From positions 1-63,072 of the IMG/VR virus record IMGVR_UViG_3300025660_000448: a stretch of DNA of 63,072 bases. One strand, 5' to 3'. This document shows positions 18,935-28,774 of the stretch, piece by piece. The position numbers were made by a program, and so were the translations under genes. Below the pieces are notes generated by a model. It saw only the letters and a list, made by a program, of their open reading frames with translations, searched no databases and was not told where the DNA came from. The stretch is from a virus. Lineage: Duplodnaviria; Caudoviricetes. The stretch's first letter is position 1. Every line of letters starts with the position of its first letter.

Positions 18935-19827
18935 AGTAAACTTTCTAAATATGCCTTGCGTTGACGAACCTTTTCTTTTTTGCCTTCTGGCATATCTTCC
19001 TCTGCCAATAAGGTGTCACAAGCTTGCACAAAGAAAGGTAAGGCATCTTCGGTATTATAAACTAAATCTTCAGGATTTCTATTTTTTGTCATATTAATAA
19101 AACCCTTAAATTCATCAAAACAACTTCCGTAAATATGAAAACTAGAAGCTATATGAATGTATTCTCCAACATCAACACCGACCTGTTCCGCTACCATTTT
19201 TTGAAGTTCGGTTAGAGCAAATGCATTAAAGAAGGCACCACGATATGCGTCATTACTTCTAAAATCGACTGTCATGTTAAGTTTATCTTTTCCGTTTTCT
19301 CTTTGAACCCTAAACCATACCCTTTGAAGACATGCTGGGTCAGAAATGCCTAAATCTTTCCATACTTTCCACGTTACAGCCTGAGCACGTCTAGTATATC
19401 CATTTTGTTTAAGCAAATCTACACATTTATCTATTTGATTAATTATCGTTTCTTTAGGAGAAGAACTTCCAGTTAGAGCACCATATTCTACATCAGCAAT
19501 AGTCTCAGTTACATTATATTCAAATAATCTTTCGTGATAAGTGTATTCCCATTTTCCAGCATCAGGGTCTATCCAATGGTTATGAACTCCGTACAACATT
19601 TCTGAGCGGTATTTTTCTAAATCGTCCAAAGAACCGGGAAATGCACGATGTATTCTAGGTTCTGCCATTGGGTTTTTAACATGAATAAGGGCGGTAACGT
19701 CCCGGCTATTTGGGTCGTTTTCTTTATCATATTCAGTAGGGAAATTCTCGCCCTCTTCCCAACAAGCTAAAACAGCCTTTTCCCATGCTACAGGTAATGT
19801 ATCTTCTACAATGTGTATTGATTTCAT
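18931..19827 (-). CDS. thyA: Thymidylate synthase (archaeal-like ThyA family)
   Basis: YTYHERL, TRRA, PACLQ, FRSND, FFN (Asn = dUMP specificity), SFHIY; start reassigned to 19827. Confidence 0.85.
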   Translation of the reverse strand: MKSIHIVEDTLPVAWEKAVLACWEEGENFPTEYDKENDPNSRDVTALIHVKNPMAEPRIHRAFPGSLDDLEKYRSEMLYGVHNHWIDPDAGKWEYTYHERLFEYNVTETIADVEYGALTGSSSPKETIINQIDKCVDLLKQNGYTRRAQAVTWKVWKDLGISDPACLQRVWFRVQRENGKDKLNMTVDFRSNDAYRGAFFNAFALTELQKMVAEQVGVDVGEYIHIASSFHIYGSCFDEFKGFINMTKNRNPEDLVYNTEDALPFFVQACDTLLAEEDMPEGKKEKVRQRKAYLESLL

Positions 19828-19833
19828 AAAAAG

Positions 19834-19862
19834 ATTATATCTTAAACCAAATTGAATTACAA
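19834..19862 (-). promoter_or_regulatory. Sigma70-type promoter, likely leaderless thyA mRNA
   Basis: TTGTAA-17 nt-TATAAT-6 nt-ATG. Confidence 0.7.
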
Positions 19863-19866
19863 AACA

Positions 19867-19902
19867 AAAACCCACTTAAATCATTTTTTAAGTGGGTTTT
19901 TT
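19867..19902. terminator. Intrinsic terminator
   Basis: AAAACCCACTTAAA / TTTAAGTGGGTTTT with A/T tails. Confidence 0.8.
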
Positions 19903-19966
19903 ATTTTTTTAGGAATTTCATCTTTGCCTCAGTATAGTCTTCAGCATCAACTTTAAAATTTTCCAT
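19901..19966 (-). CDS. Possible 21-aa small ORF
   Basis: MENFKVDAEDYTEAKMKFLKK*, AGGA RBS, directly followed by the terminator. Confidence 0.4.
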   Translation of the reverse strand: MENFKVDAEDYTEAKMKFLKK

Positions 19967-20088
19967 TTATCCTATTCACTTGTAAAATACTGCAACAAAA
20001 GTCGGCTTCCACAACCGCTGACACGGGTATGCCAAGTTTAGTGTTGGTGCTGTTATCCAAACACTGCTTGTATAATAGCCTATTTTAT

Positions 20089-20787
20089 TCAACTATTCTT
20101 CTTTTTCTTCTTGAAAAACGGGTCTTCGTCCCCCCAAGGAGGGAATTGCCTCTTAATTTGTCCGGGTATAGTCATTCTCTTAAAAGCCGCTACATCACCT
20201 GTGCTTGTTCCTACTTCTTGTAACTTCACGAACTGCTTGAAACTTAAACCTTCTTCCCACTCGCTTCCGTGCATATCTTTTGCAATCTCAAACTCATCCA
20301 TAGGCTCTTTGCTTTTAGAAGGAACAACCTTTGTAGCACTTATTGACCAATAAAAATTATGTGGGCCATCTCCCTCTAGCTCTGCCTCTTGATGCGTGTT
20401 GTTAAGAACATGATAATAATGATTGCCACTATCAGGTTTCACAATAACATAAGGAAAAGCACTTGTGGGGTCGTCAACATAAACAATCCTCCCTGAAATA
20501 GAATTTTCTGCTTCGTTGCCTAAATCATAAGCCACCTTTATGCGTTGTCCTTTTTTAAGACCACCCTCCCACTGCTTATCATGAGCATCGTCTTTCCAAT
20601 TAGAAAACTTTCTTTTTCTATCGGCATCGGCGAACTTCAAACGTCGCTCTCTGTCTTTCATGTGTCTTTGGAAATCAGCCTGAGCTTTCCCTGTTAAAGG
20701 ATTTGGTGCTCTTTTTTTTAAAGCCTCAAGTTCTTCTGGTGATGCGAATTCCGGCTTTTCTCTAGGTATGTCTACATACTCTCTCAT
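20089..20787 (-). CDS. Hypothetical protein
   Basis: ORF; internal LSFKQFVKLQE motif. Confidence 0.6.
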   Translation of the reverse strand: MREYVDIPREKPEFASPEELEALKKRAPNPLTGKAQADFQRHMKDRERRLKFADADRKRKFSNWKDDAHDKQWEGGLKKGQRIKVAYDLGNEAENSISGRIVYVDDPTSAFPYVIVKPDSGNHYYHVLNNTHQEAELEGDGPHNFYWSISATKVVPSKSKEPMDEFEIAKDMHGSEWEEGLSFKQFVKLQEVGTSTGDVAAFKRMTIPGQIKRQFPPWGDEDPFFKKKKKNS

Positions 20788-21224
20788 TACATCATTCCTC
20801 CGGGCATTCCTCCGGGCATACCACCCGCTTGCTGTTGTGGTTGGTTCATCCCTTGCGTCATCATGTCGTTTAAGGTTTTTCTATCTACAGTAATTTCTCT
20901 TCCCTCTTCTGGGTCATTATCAGGGGTGCGAATAGTATGACCGTCTTTATCTTGATAATACGCACGCTGGGTATTTGCTGCTGGCATTGCAACTAAAACA
21001 GCACCAGTTATTTCATCATCAGATTTTGGGTCTTCAGGAAGGAAATTTTTAATTCTATATGTCATCCCATTATAATAAAAACTACCGAATTGGGCTGCTC
21101 CGAGCCATAGTGGGGCCGCTTTAAAGCTCTTAGGGTCTATAGCTAACTCATCTGCGGTCTTACTTAGAAAATCTGGCTCGACCTTCTCTAATTCTATAAA
21201 CTTTCTAAACGATAGCTGTCTCAT
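20787..21224 (-). CDS. Hypothetical protein, possible head-internal protein
   Basis: N-terminal LSFRKFIELE; ACTATATA + GAGG upstream. Confidence 0.65.
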   Translation of the reverse strand: MRQLSFRKFIELEKVEPDFLSKTADELAIDPKSFKAAPLWLGAAQFGSFYYNGMTYRIKNFLPEDPKSDDEITGAVLVAMPAANTQRAYYQDKDGHTIRTPDNDPEEGREITVDRKTLNDMMTQGMNQPQQQAGGMPGGMPGGMM

Positions 21225-21271
21225 ACCTCTATATAGTTTTTATTTTTATTAAAAACCTCAATATATAAGAT

Positions 21272-22246
21272 ATGAGATTTAAAAAATATCTTCTGGAGCA
21301 AGAATATAAAAAAAGCTTATCCGATTCTGCTCTGTTAATGCTGGAAAAGGATATTTCCCCTGATGCGTTAAACGAATTATCCGTAATTTTACGTGAGGGT
21401 ATTTTAGGTACGGCTGGTGCCATAGGTGGTGCTATGCTTGGTGGGCCACTAGGTGCTGTTGGAGGGGGAATGGTCGGACAAAAAGTTGGACAAAAAGTTG
21501 GAAATTGGTTCAAATCAGCCCAAGCAACACAAATAACCCCGCTTTTCCAACAAGCACAAAGTTCTGTTGATAATTTAGTAAAAGCTTTAGCTTCGATTCA
21601 GCAACAACCTCAAGGCCAACAACCTCAACCTCAACAAGGCCAAAGTCAACAGCCTCCCCAACAGCATCAACCCAAAAAGCCCGGATTCTTCCAAAGCATA
21701 AAACAAGGATTTAACCAAAGTAGAAAAAATTATAATAAGAGCGAATCCATTGTTAACGAAGAAGGTATTCCGCTTCAAGATTTACTACAACAAGCCCAAC
21801 AATTACAAACTACTTTGACTAAACTTGAGCCTAGTATTACACAAGTAGATTCACAATTATCATCACAACATGCACAACAATCTGGTAGTAAAGGCGGGAT
21901 TCGAAGAGCAGTTGCTAATACGGGAGATAAAATAAAAGGCTGGGCTAAAAAACACCCAACTTTAGCAAAAGGTTTAGCTACTGGAGCTACTGTCGGAGCC
22001 GCTTATGGATTAGGTCAACTTATGGGCGGCGGCGGTGGAGAAGGTGGCGAAGGTGGAGAAGCGGGAGCAGAAACCGGACAACAACCAACTGGAGCACAAG
22101 GTGACCCAGTACCAGATTATGGTACAGAAGCAAACCCAGCAAACACAGGAGCAACAGCCGCACCTGATTATGGACCGGGCGACTCAGGCTATCAACAAAG
22201 AGCACTGGGCATAAAACAAAGACTAAACCAGCGATGGAACAAATAA
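21272..22246 (+). CDS. Gln/Gly-rich putative virion (ejected) protein
   Basis: N-terminal MRFKKYLLEQE, glycine-zipper segments. Confidence 0.6.
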   Translation: MRFKKYLLEQEYKKSLSDSALLMLEKDISPDALNELSVILREGILGTAGAIGGAMLGGPLGAVGGGMVGQKVGQKVGNWFKSAQATQITPLFQQAQSSVDNLVKALASIQQQPQGQQPQPQQGQSQQPPQQHQPKKPGFFQSIKQGFNQSRKNYNKSESIVNEEGIPLQDLLQQAQQLQTTLTKLEPSITQVDSQLSSQHAQQSGSKGGIRRAVANTGDKIKGWAKKHPTLAKGLATGATVGAAYGLGQLMGGGGGEGGEGGEAGAETGQQPTGAQGDPVPDYGTEANPANTGATAAPDYGPGDSGYQQRALGIKQRLNQRWNK

Positions 22247-22596
22247 TGAGTAAAAAAACGTCACCATATTTCTCGTCTTTTCGTGAACTACTCGATAAGT
22301 GGGATGAGAATATTGAAAAAGATAAAAAATTAGAAAAGATGGCTGATGATGATAATATCTCTTTCTTCTTTACATTAGACGATAATGTATATGGGGGAAC
22401 AGAAGATAGCCGACTAGCTTTTGCACGAATGAAATCTCCTGAAGAGGAAGATGAATCATGGGTTAAAGATGCCACGTTCATTGGGATTAATCTTGAAAAA
22501 TTAGAACAAGGCCATAAAGAACAAAAGATTTTTTCTAAATCTGATTTAAAAAAAATAAAACCTATTTCTAAAGAAAATGCATTTAGAGACCTTTAA
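22234..22596 (+). CDS. Hypothetical protein
   Basis: Coupled ORF in operon. Confidence 0.6.
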   Translation: MEQIMSKKTSPYFSSFRELLDKWDENIEKDKKLEKMADDDNISFFFTLDDNVYGGTEDSRLAFARMKSPEEEDESWVKDATFIGINLEKLEQGHKEQKIFSKSDLKKIKPISKENAFRDL

Positions 22597-23267
22597 TGCC
22601 ACTACCATTCGATATCCCAAATAAAAACAAACGCAAATATTCTTGTTTTATATGTGGTGTTAAATTTGAAACATTTAAAGAGTTTCAAAGCCACATCATA
22701 GAAGAACATGAAGAGGGTAGAGACTACATTATATGCCCTCTAAAACGTTGCCAAGCTCCTGTGCGTTGTCTTCGAAGCCATTTCAAGTGCAAACACCCTA
22801 GTGAAAAAATTCCTAAAATAGGGATGATGAAATCTATTGTGTGGCATGATATAGCAGCAAAAAAAAGAAAAAAAACTCGTAAACCCAAATTTAGAGAAGG
22901 GTATCACCAATCTTCTAAAATGAACAAGCCTCTCCATTATCGTTCAGGATATGAAAAAACAATATATGAATGCCTAGATGTAGATGCTGAAGTAAATGCC
23001 TTCAATGTAGAACCCTTTAAGATTTCCTATCTTCACAAAGGAAAAGAGCATAAATATATCCCAGATTTAATTGTGCAATTCATAGACGGTAGTACTGAAG
23101 TTTGGGAAATTAAACCAGCTAATCAAACTTTTCTAGAAGTGAATCAAAACAAATGGCGTGCTGCTAATAAAGCATGTCAAAATAGAGGGTGGAAATTTAT
23201 AGTGATAACCGAAACTGGAATCGACAAACTAAAGAAAAAGATTAGGAATCAAAAGAACAATCTTTAA
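22596..23267 (+). CDS. C2H2 zinc finger + TnsA-N/T4 gp4-like head-completion endonuclease
   Basis: CFICG..F..H...H; YRSGYE, YIPD, EIKP, KWRAA, WKFIVITE. Confidence 0.78.
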   Translation: MPLPFDIPNKNKRKYSCFICGVKFETFKEFQSHIIEEHEEGRDYIICPLKRCQAPVRCLRSHFKCKHPSEKIPKIGMMKSIVWHDIAAKKRKKTRKPKFREGYHQSSKMNKPLHYRSGYEKTIYECLDVDAEVNAFNVEPFKISYLHKGKEHKYIPDLIVQFIDGSTEVWEIKPANQTFLEVNQNKWRAANKACQNRGWKFIVITETGIDKLKKKIRNQKNNL

Positions 23268-23710
23268 GTTTTGAAGTGATTCGGCTCCTGAACGTGCCAA
23301 TAATCAGCCTTCTTTGGAATCACCCATCTAATCCCACCTTTCGGGTCAGGAACGTCACCTTTATATCGTGGAATCACATGTATATGAGCATGAGGGACAG
23401 TTTGCCCAGCAGCCCATCCATCGTTAACGCCAATATTGAAAGAATCTGGATGTAATTCTACGGAAATATTATGACGTATTTCAGTCACGAAGGCCCATAT
23501 AGATTGCTGAATTTCTGAGGACAAACTAAACAAACTGACTACATGCTGTTTTGGAACAATTAGCGTGTGCCCTTTAGAAACAGGAAATCGGTCTCTAAAA
23601 GCAATAGCGTATTCATTCTGGTGTAACACATCTATTTCTCCAAAATTACAAAATGGACAACTTATTATAACTTCTTTATGACCTACTACAATTTCTTCTT
23701 TATTAATCAT
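23264..23710 (-). CDS. HIT-family nucleotide hydrolase
   Basis: CPFC, GHTLIVPK, GQTVPHAHIHVIPR. Confidence 0.92.
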   Translation of the reverse strand: MINKEEIVVGHKEVIISCPFCNFGEIDVLHQNEYAIAFRDRFPVSKGHTLIVPKQHVVSLFSLSSEIQQSIWAFVTEIRHNISVELHPDSFNIGVNDGWAAGQTVPHAHIHVIPRYKGDVPDPKGGIRWVIPKKADYWHVQEPNHFKT

Positions 23711-23885
23711 GATATTTGGGTGTCCAACCTTGTCCTTTGAATATGACTGCTGGTGGTGAAGTAATAATACGAACCAATTGTTTCTTGCCACATTTAGGAC
23801 ATTTCTTTTTTGGTTTATCCATCATTGAGTGAAATATTTCCAAATCTTCCTCACAGGATTTACAACGATATTGATAAGTTGGCAT
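23703..23885 (-). CDS. FmdB-family zinc-ribbon protein
   Basis: MPTYQYRCKSC...CPKCG...FKGQGW. Confidence 0.88.
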   Translation of the reverse strand: MPTYQYRCKSCEEDLEIFHSMMDKPKKKCPKCGKKQLVRIITSPPAVIFKGQGWTPKYHD

Positions 23886-23886
23886 A

Positions 23887-24375
23887 TTATGGACTCCAAA
23901 TTTGACCAGAATGACGTACTTCCGGCCCACCTATTTTTCCGTGATAATCTAATACTTCCACCCCTGCTTCTTTTAACTGTTGATTCGCAACTCGTATCTC
24001 TTCAGCCCAAAATTCTGGAGACCTTTTCTCTGCATCTTTATGCCTAACTAAACATTTTATTCCAGCTTGTATAATAGCTCTGGCACAATTAGTACAGGGT
24101 GCCCACGGAGAAACCATTGTTAATCCATCAGTAGCAATCCCTTGTTTCGCTGCTTTATAAATTAAATTTCTCTCTGCATGTTCCACAAATTGATACTTAA
24201 GAGGTCTTTCCCATCTTTCTTCTGTATATAATACGCCAACCGGGAACTCGTTAATAGCTGCTAAAATAATAGACCCATCATCTATCAATAAAGCCGCATT
24301 TTGAGTTGATGGGTCTGGGCTATTTGTAGATTCCTCATATGCTACTTTTAATAATTCTTTCCAACTACTTCTCAT
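23887..24375 (-). CDS. dCMP deaminase
   Basis: SPDPSTQ, HAERN, PCTNCARAIIQAGI. Confidence 0.9.
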   Translation of the reverse strand: MRSSWKELLKVAYEESTNSPDPSTQNAALLIDDGSIILAAINEFPVGVLYTEERWERPLKYQFVEHAERNLIYKAAKQGIATDGLTMVSPWAPCTNCARAIIQAGIKCLVRHKDAEKRSPEFWAEEIRVANQQLKEAGVEVLDYHGKIGGPEVRHSGQIWSP

Positions 24376-24376
24376 A

Positions 24377-24817
24377 TTATCCTTTTTTCTTCTTATTGTT
24401 CTTTTTCTTATCGGTTTTCTTGGAGGGCGTAACCTTCTTTGTTTTTTTATCATTTAAACCTTCTGTAGAAAATGTTTGTAAATCATCTAACTCTTTAGGT
24501 AAAACCCCTCTTTTAATCATTTCTTCATAATGAATAATAGCCATGGCATTAAACATAACTGCCGAAAGATGGTCTTCATCCTTCTTTCCTTGTTTAAACC
24601 ACATTAAATGTCTATTTAAAGAAGCGAGAGTGCGAGACATAGGCATCCCCTTTTCCCAATTCCTCTCAGCATATCGTTTGGCCCCTAATCGCAACCACTC
24701 CCCCAACCGTTCTTCAGCGAACGGGGAAATTAAATCAGGTCTTGGTTTGGTCTCGGCTACATCCCGAACAGCACCAGTTTCAAATTGTTCATCACTACCA
24801 GATTGTTTAAGTTTCAT
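24377..24817 (-). CDS. dATP/dGTP diphosphohydrolase-domain protein (DUF5664)
   Basis: FETGAVRD, KPRPDLI, GAKRY..RNWEKG, RH, EDHL.A..FN. Confidence 0.82.
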   Translation of the reverse strand: MKLKQSGSDEQFETGAVRDVAETKPRPDLISPFAEERLGEWLRLGAKRYAERNWEKGMPMSRTLASLNRHLMWFKQGKKDEDHLSAVMFNAMAIIHYEEMIKRGVLPKELDDLQTFSTEGLNDKKTKKVTPSKKTDKKKNNKKKKG

Positions 24818-24885
24818 ATTTCTCCTAAAATCTCTTTTACATTACTCAATTAGTTTAACATAAAATAAAATATGTTTCTATAAAA

Positions 24886-25233
24886 ATGCAAAAGAAAATA
24901 ATAAAAATAAAAGAAATCTTCAGTAAAGAAAAAGAAATAAAACCTATATGTGGAAAATGCAGATTATTTGATTCAAAAGAAAATATCTGTCGTGTAATTA
25001 TTCTCCATGAGGGAGAAAAAATTAATCTACCTGTAGCGAAGAATGATTCTTGCTTCTTTGAAAACGAATTTCTGGCTTTGAACGAAGAAGGATATAAAGA
25101 ATCATTTAAACCAGAAGTTCAGCAAGTCAAATTTTGGGTAGAAGATAAAAAAGGAAAAAAAACAAAAGGGGACGGGACTGTTAAAATTGAATATCCAGAG
25201 GGGTTTTTCGGAAACGGAGACAAACAATCATAA
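24886..25233 (+). CDS. Hypothetical protein
   Basis: ORF with CGKC. Confidence 0.55.
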   Translation: MQKKIIKIKEIFSKEKEIKPICGKCRLFDSKENICRVIILHEGEKINLPVAKNDSCFFENEFLALNEEGYKESFKPEVQQVKFWVEDKKGKKTKGDGTVKIEYPEGFFGNGDKQS

Positions 25234-25240
25234 ATAAAAT

Positions 25241-26347
25241 ATGGCACTTATTCCTATCACTAACGGGGCGGCAATTGGAAACGCTATCAAAGCATGTTTA
25301 CTTCAAGACCCATGCTGGACCATGCTGTGTGAATGTTGCGATTGTGGGGAATTATTAATCAATGGAGGGTTTGAACAAGGATATGATGGAGGTGATTTTG
25401 CGTGGATAGACGATTCGCTTGTAAATGGTTGGAGTACAGCCACCCCCGGAACCAATGCGGGAGAGACAGACATAGAATTTTGGCATACCGGGAAAACGAC
25501 TCCAGTGGACCCGTCTGGTGTTGATGCTTATGAAGGTAGTTATTTCATAGAACAACAAGGTCACAACAACCACGGGTGGGGCGTCACCCAAGATGTCACA
25601 CTCTCAGTTGGAACCGAATATACTTTAGATTTTTATTATAGGTCTAGGACTGAAACTGCGTCGAATGAAGAATTTACAGTGGATATTACCGGAGAGTCTA
25701 CAACCACTATAAGCGACTCTTCAACTGGTTCATGGACAGCAGGACAGATAGTATTTACAGCATCGGCCTCTACAACAACAATAACGTTTGACCCTACCAA
25801 TCAGGTTAGTACAGGTTGTTTTTTAGATGGTGTTAGTCTAAAAGGCCCATGTTGTGAAAACGGACCACCAGCAGAAGAAATACTAGATATGCTCGCTCTC
25901 TCTTTGTCAAAGATAAAAAATCATTATATTCCAATTGAAATAGGGGATGATGTATTTAAAGCTAAAGCAAATGTAAATATTATTGACCCAGAAGATACCA
26001 TCCAAAGAAATGATAATTTAATAAACTGGGATAGCAACTCTGTAGACCATTTTGTGTTCACAAGTACTAAAAACCCTATAGTGTTTAAAAAAGATAAACA
26101 TATTTTTCAATATAAAGATAAGTGGATTGCTTTATTGCTTATTAATCTAGAACAAATACCATGTCCTATCTGTACTTACGAATATGTATTAAATACTAGA
26201 AAAACAAACGAGAACAAACCCAGTGGGTTTATTCTCGTTGTAAAAGATGGAATTTATAAATCGTCCGACTTCACGCTTAAAAACCTATCCAATGCGGAAA
26301 AGCTTGAAAACGTGAACCTAGTAAGCTCACCAAATAACATCTTCTAA
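25241..26347 (+). CDS. Protein with carbohydrate-binding jelly-roll (DUF642-like) domain
   Basis: LLINGGFE, YTLDF, FTASASTTTITF, GCFLDGVSL; Cys-rich ends. Confidence 0.6.
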   Translation: MALIPITNGAAIGNAIKACLLQDPCWTMLCECCDCGELLINGGFEQGYDGGDFAWIDDSLVNGWSTATPGTNAGETDIEFWHTGKTTPVDPSGVDAYEGSYFIEQQGHNNHGWGVTQDVTLSVGTEYTLDFYYRSRTETASNEEFTVDITGESTTTISDSSTGSWTAGQIVFTASASTTTITFDPTNQVSTGCFLDGVSLKGPCCENGPPAEEILDMLALSLSKIKNHYIPIEIGDDVFKAKANVNIIDPEDTIQRNDNLINWDSNSVDHFVFTSTKNPIVFKKDKHIFQYKDKWIALLLINLEQIPCPICTYEYVLNTRKTNENKPSGFILVVKDGIYKSSDFTLKNLSNAEKLENVNLVSSPNNIF

Positions 26348-26589
26348 CGGTCTAGCTTCCTGCTTTTGTATGATTCAGCAATTATTTTTGCCAACTTTTC
26401 AAACATCACATCCCATTCATCATAACTTTTTGCTGATGCTAACCACCTATCTACTTCTCTGCTTCTAGCCAAAACTTGGCTAATTTCTTCTGTGTCACCA
26501 CCTAAACGCTGTTGAAAACGAATGTACAAAAAAGAAACATCCGTATCAGATAAAGTTTTTGCATACTCTCTTAAATTCGAATCATTCAT
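26344..26589 (-). CDS. Hypothetical protein
   Basis: GAGGA RBS. Confidence 0.65.
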   Translation of the reverse strand: MNDSNLREYAKTLSDTDVSFLYIRFQQRLGGDTEEISQVLARSREVDRWLASAKSYDEWDVMFEKLAKIIAESYKSRKLDR

Positions 26590-26601
26590 AGGTAAATCCT
26601 C

Positions 26602-26874
26602 TTGCTACTTAACCTAGACAAAATTGAAAACTTATTATTAACTTCTTGGACTCAGTTCACGAACTATCGTGAATTACTCTCTCTTTGTGCCGAGTCTTCT
26701 CATGAACACCTTGATATACAAGGAACTATACATACTCTTAAGATGACAAGATTTGAACTCACATCTAAGGGATTTATATTATGGGTTGAGTATTCTATAG
26801 ACAACAAAAACATAACTAGCGAATTTATGCTATCTGATTCAGAATTTACTCATCTACAAACTAAAGAAGCCTAA
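26602..26874 (+). CDS. Hypothetical protein
   Basis: ORF filling the gap, TTG start. Confidence 0.45.
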   Translation: MLLNLDKIENLLLTSWTQFTNYRELLSLCAESSHEHLDIQGTIHTLKMTRFELTSKGFILWVEYSIDNKNITSEFMLSDSEFTHLQTKEA

Positions 26875-27170
26875 CAAGCTTGTAGGGCCATTATAGGTAT
26901 CCCTTCTTTTTCAAACTTATCTTCGATTAACATTTTACCACTTTGTTCAGGGTATTGCAAATATAAATTATTATATGAATCTATATTTACTGAATTATTA
27001 TTTTGATTAGCTGTCACCCAGCAATAATCGTCGGTATTCTGGAGACCGTGTTTTCCCTCTTGAAGTATTCCTACTTCTACAGACATTCCTCCCGGTAACA
27101 ATAAAGATATTTGTCCTTTTTCCAGAAGATGGTCGATTAAAAGATGTTGAATCTTAGTGACTTTATCCAT
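26871..27170 (-). CDS. Hypothetical protein
   Basis: GGAGG RBS. Confidence 0.65.
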   Translation of the reverse strand: MDKVTKIQHLLIDHLLEKGQISLLLPGGMSVEVGILQEGKHGLQNTDDYCWVTANQNNNSVNIDSYNNLYLQYPEQSGKMLIEDKFEKEGIPIMALQAC

Positions 27171-27243
27171 AACTTTTCCTCCCGTATAGATTAAACTCTA
27201 AAGATATCTACGTCAAATAATCAGTTAAAACATATAAAAAATA

Positions 27244-27699
27244 TTAATAAAAATTTATAAATTGAGCATCTATGTATGCGTATTCAAAACCCTCAAACTC
27301 AAGAAATTTAGCTTCTTCATGGGCTGAAGGAAGTGGATGACCCTCCGCATCCACAGTTATAGTCCAGCAATAAATTTTCCTATTATCTCTTAATATCTCA
27401 GATAAGGATAAATGGTGAGACCCCAAAAACTTCTTAGCCAATTTGACAACTAGGTTAAAAGGAAGAAACGGAACCTTCTTCCCTAATATCTGTAAAGTTT
27501 CTAAATAATAGTCATTATGAAAAGCTTTACTAAAATGTATGATTACATGATATCCATCCACACATAACTCTTGCGTCTTCAAGATGCCCATCTCATCTTC
27601 AAGTTGAGGGTCTGCTTGGGGGAAATTATATGGAACTAATTGTTCCCCTACATTCCTTATATGTTCTATAGCAACGTCTAATTCTTTATACTCTGTCAC
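27244..27699 (-). CDS. Hypothetical protein
   Basis: ORF preceded by TATATAAA. Confidence 0.6.
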   Translation of the reverse strand: MTEYKELDVAIEHIRNVGEQLVPYNFPQADPQLEDEMGILKTQELCVDGYHVIIHFSKAFHNDYYLETLQILGKKVPFLPFNLVVKLAKKFLGSHHLSLSEILRDNRKIYCWTITVDAEGHPLPSAHEEAKFLEFEGFEYAYIDAQFINFY

Positions 27700-27725
27700 A
27701 ATTTATATACGATTATGAACGTCCT

Positions 27726-28757
27726 TTATAAAGCAGTTTCTTTTGAATATAATGCCTCTTCCAAATTTTCTGGCACAAGCCATTTTGAAAGGTCGCCAAG
27801 TCCTTGTTGAGATATAAAATCTTCAACCTGTTGAGCACAAATGCCTCGTGCTTTTTCAGATAAAGAACCAGATAAATTTTCACGTATATTTTTCTGTATT
27901 CTGGCGATAAACCAGTTTCTTGTTTCTTCCAACCCTTTTGACAAAGGTTTGTCAAATCCTAGAAACTTCATTACATCACTAAAATCTAACCATAAATATC
28001 CAGTCCAAGGATTGCCTTCTTTATATTTTTTAGGCCATGGTGCGTTTTTAGCCATCTCTATAAAATGAATGAGTAACCTCATCCAATTTTTTATCAGATA
28101 AGAATCAAGACATCCTTCGCCCTCAATAATTCGGAACTCTATAGTCTTTCTTTTACCTTTGCATAAGTGATACGTGTTGATGGTGTAATACTTCATTACA
28201 CCTAACAATTCGACAAGCCACTCTCCATCAATTTTTGTATCATGTTGGAATTCTGCACTCAGCCCCACCTGTTCACAATACTTGTTTCTTTTTCTTCTCG
28301 CTGGAACGGAATCCATAAACACAGATTCGCATTTAACAAACCAAGCAAGGGCTTTGCCTAAACTTCTGTTGTCAAAATCGGCCACTTCAACATGGATATG
28401 AAATCCACATTTATCATCAACAGCTACTTCAGGGTTCGTTTTCATCAATTCGACGGCTGTGCATACATCTCTGATGCCACGCCATCCTTTAATGACAGGA
28501 GAACAGACCTCAATACCAGCCGATGAATCGGGCTTCAATACCCATGATTCATTATTATGGGTATGTTCCCACTTATTGACGACAACCTGAGCGTTCAACC
28601 CTTCCATTAGGGTTTCTGCAACTTCGTCAATACCCACAGGCATTTCGTTACCTTGAAGAGGGTTAGTTTTGAAATCCCGATGGTCAAAAGAGCATATTTC
28701 TATTTCCGCTCCAAACCTACGGCACGAATCGAACTTTAGAACATTTTCTGAATCCAT
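27726..28757 (-). CDS. Putative amidoligase-family enzyme
   Basis: FGAEIE, KPDSS..IEVCSP, CGFHIHV, TIEFR. Confidence 0.82.
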   Translation of the reverse strand: MDSENVLKFDSCRRFGAEIEICSFDHRDFKTNPLQGNEMPVGIDEVAETLMEGLNAQVVVNKWEHTHNNESWVLKPDSSAGIEVCSPVIKGWRGIRDVCTAVELMKTNPEVAVDDKCGFHIHVEVADFDNRSLGKALAWFVKCESVFMDSVPARRKRNKYCEQVGLSAEFQHDTKIDGEWLVELLGVMKYYTINTYHLCKGKRKTIEFRIIEGEGCLDSYLIKNWMRLLIHFIEMAKNAPWPKKYKEGNPWTGYLWLDFSDVMKFLGFDKPLSKGLEETRNWFIARIQKNIRENLSGSLSEKARGICAQQVEDFISQQGLGDLSKWLVPENLEEALYSKETAL

Positions 28758-28774
28758 TTATCTAATTCCTAATT

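Noticed and set aside
22596-23267. Tn7-like transposon (TnsA)
   Set aside because: No TnsB/C or terminal repeats; a stand-alone TnsA-N/gp4-like nuclease is usual in T4-like phages
18931-24817. Modified-base genome (hmC/hmU or Z) suggested by the TS-like gene, dCMP deaminase and DUF5664
   Set aside because: TS has the dUMP-type Asn, no purZ or base-transfer genes are in the window, and conventional MTases argue for largely canonical DNA; cannot be excluded genome-wide
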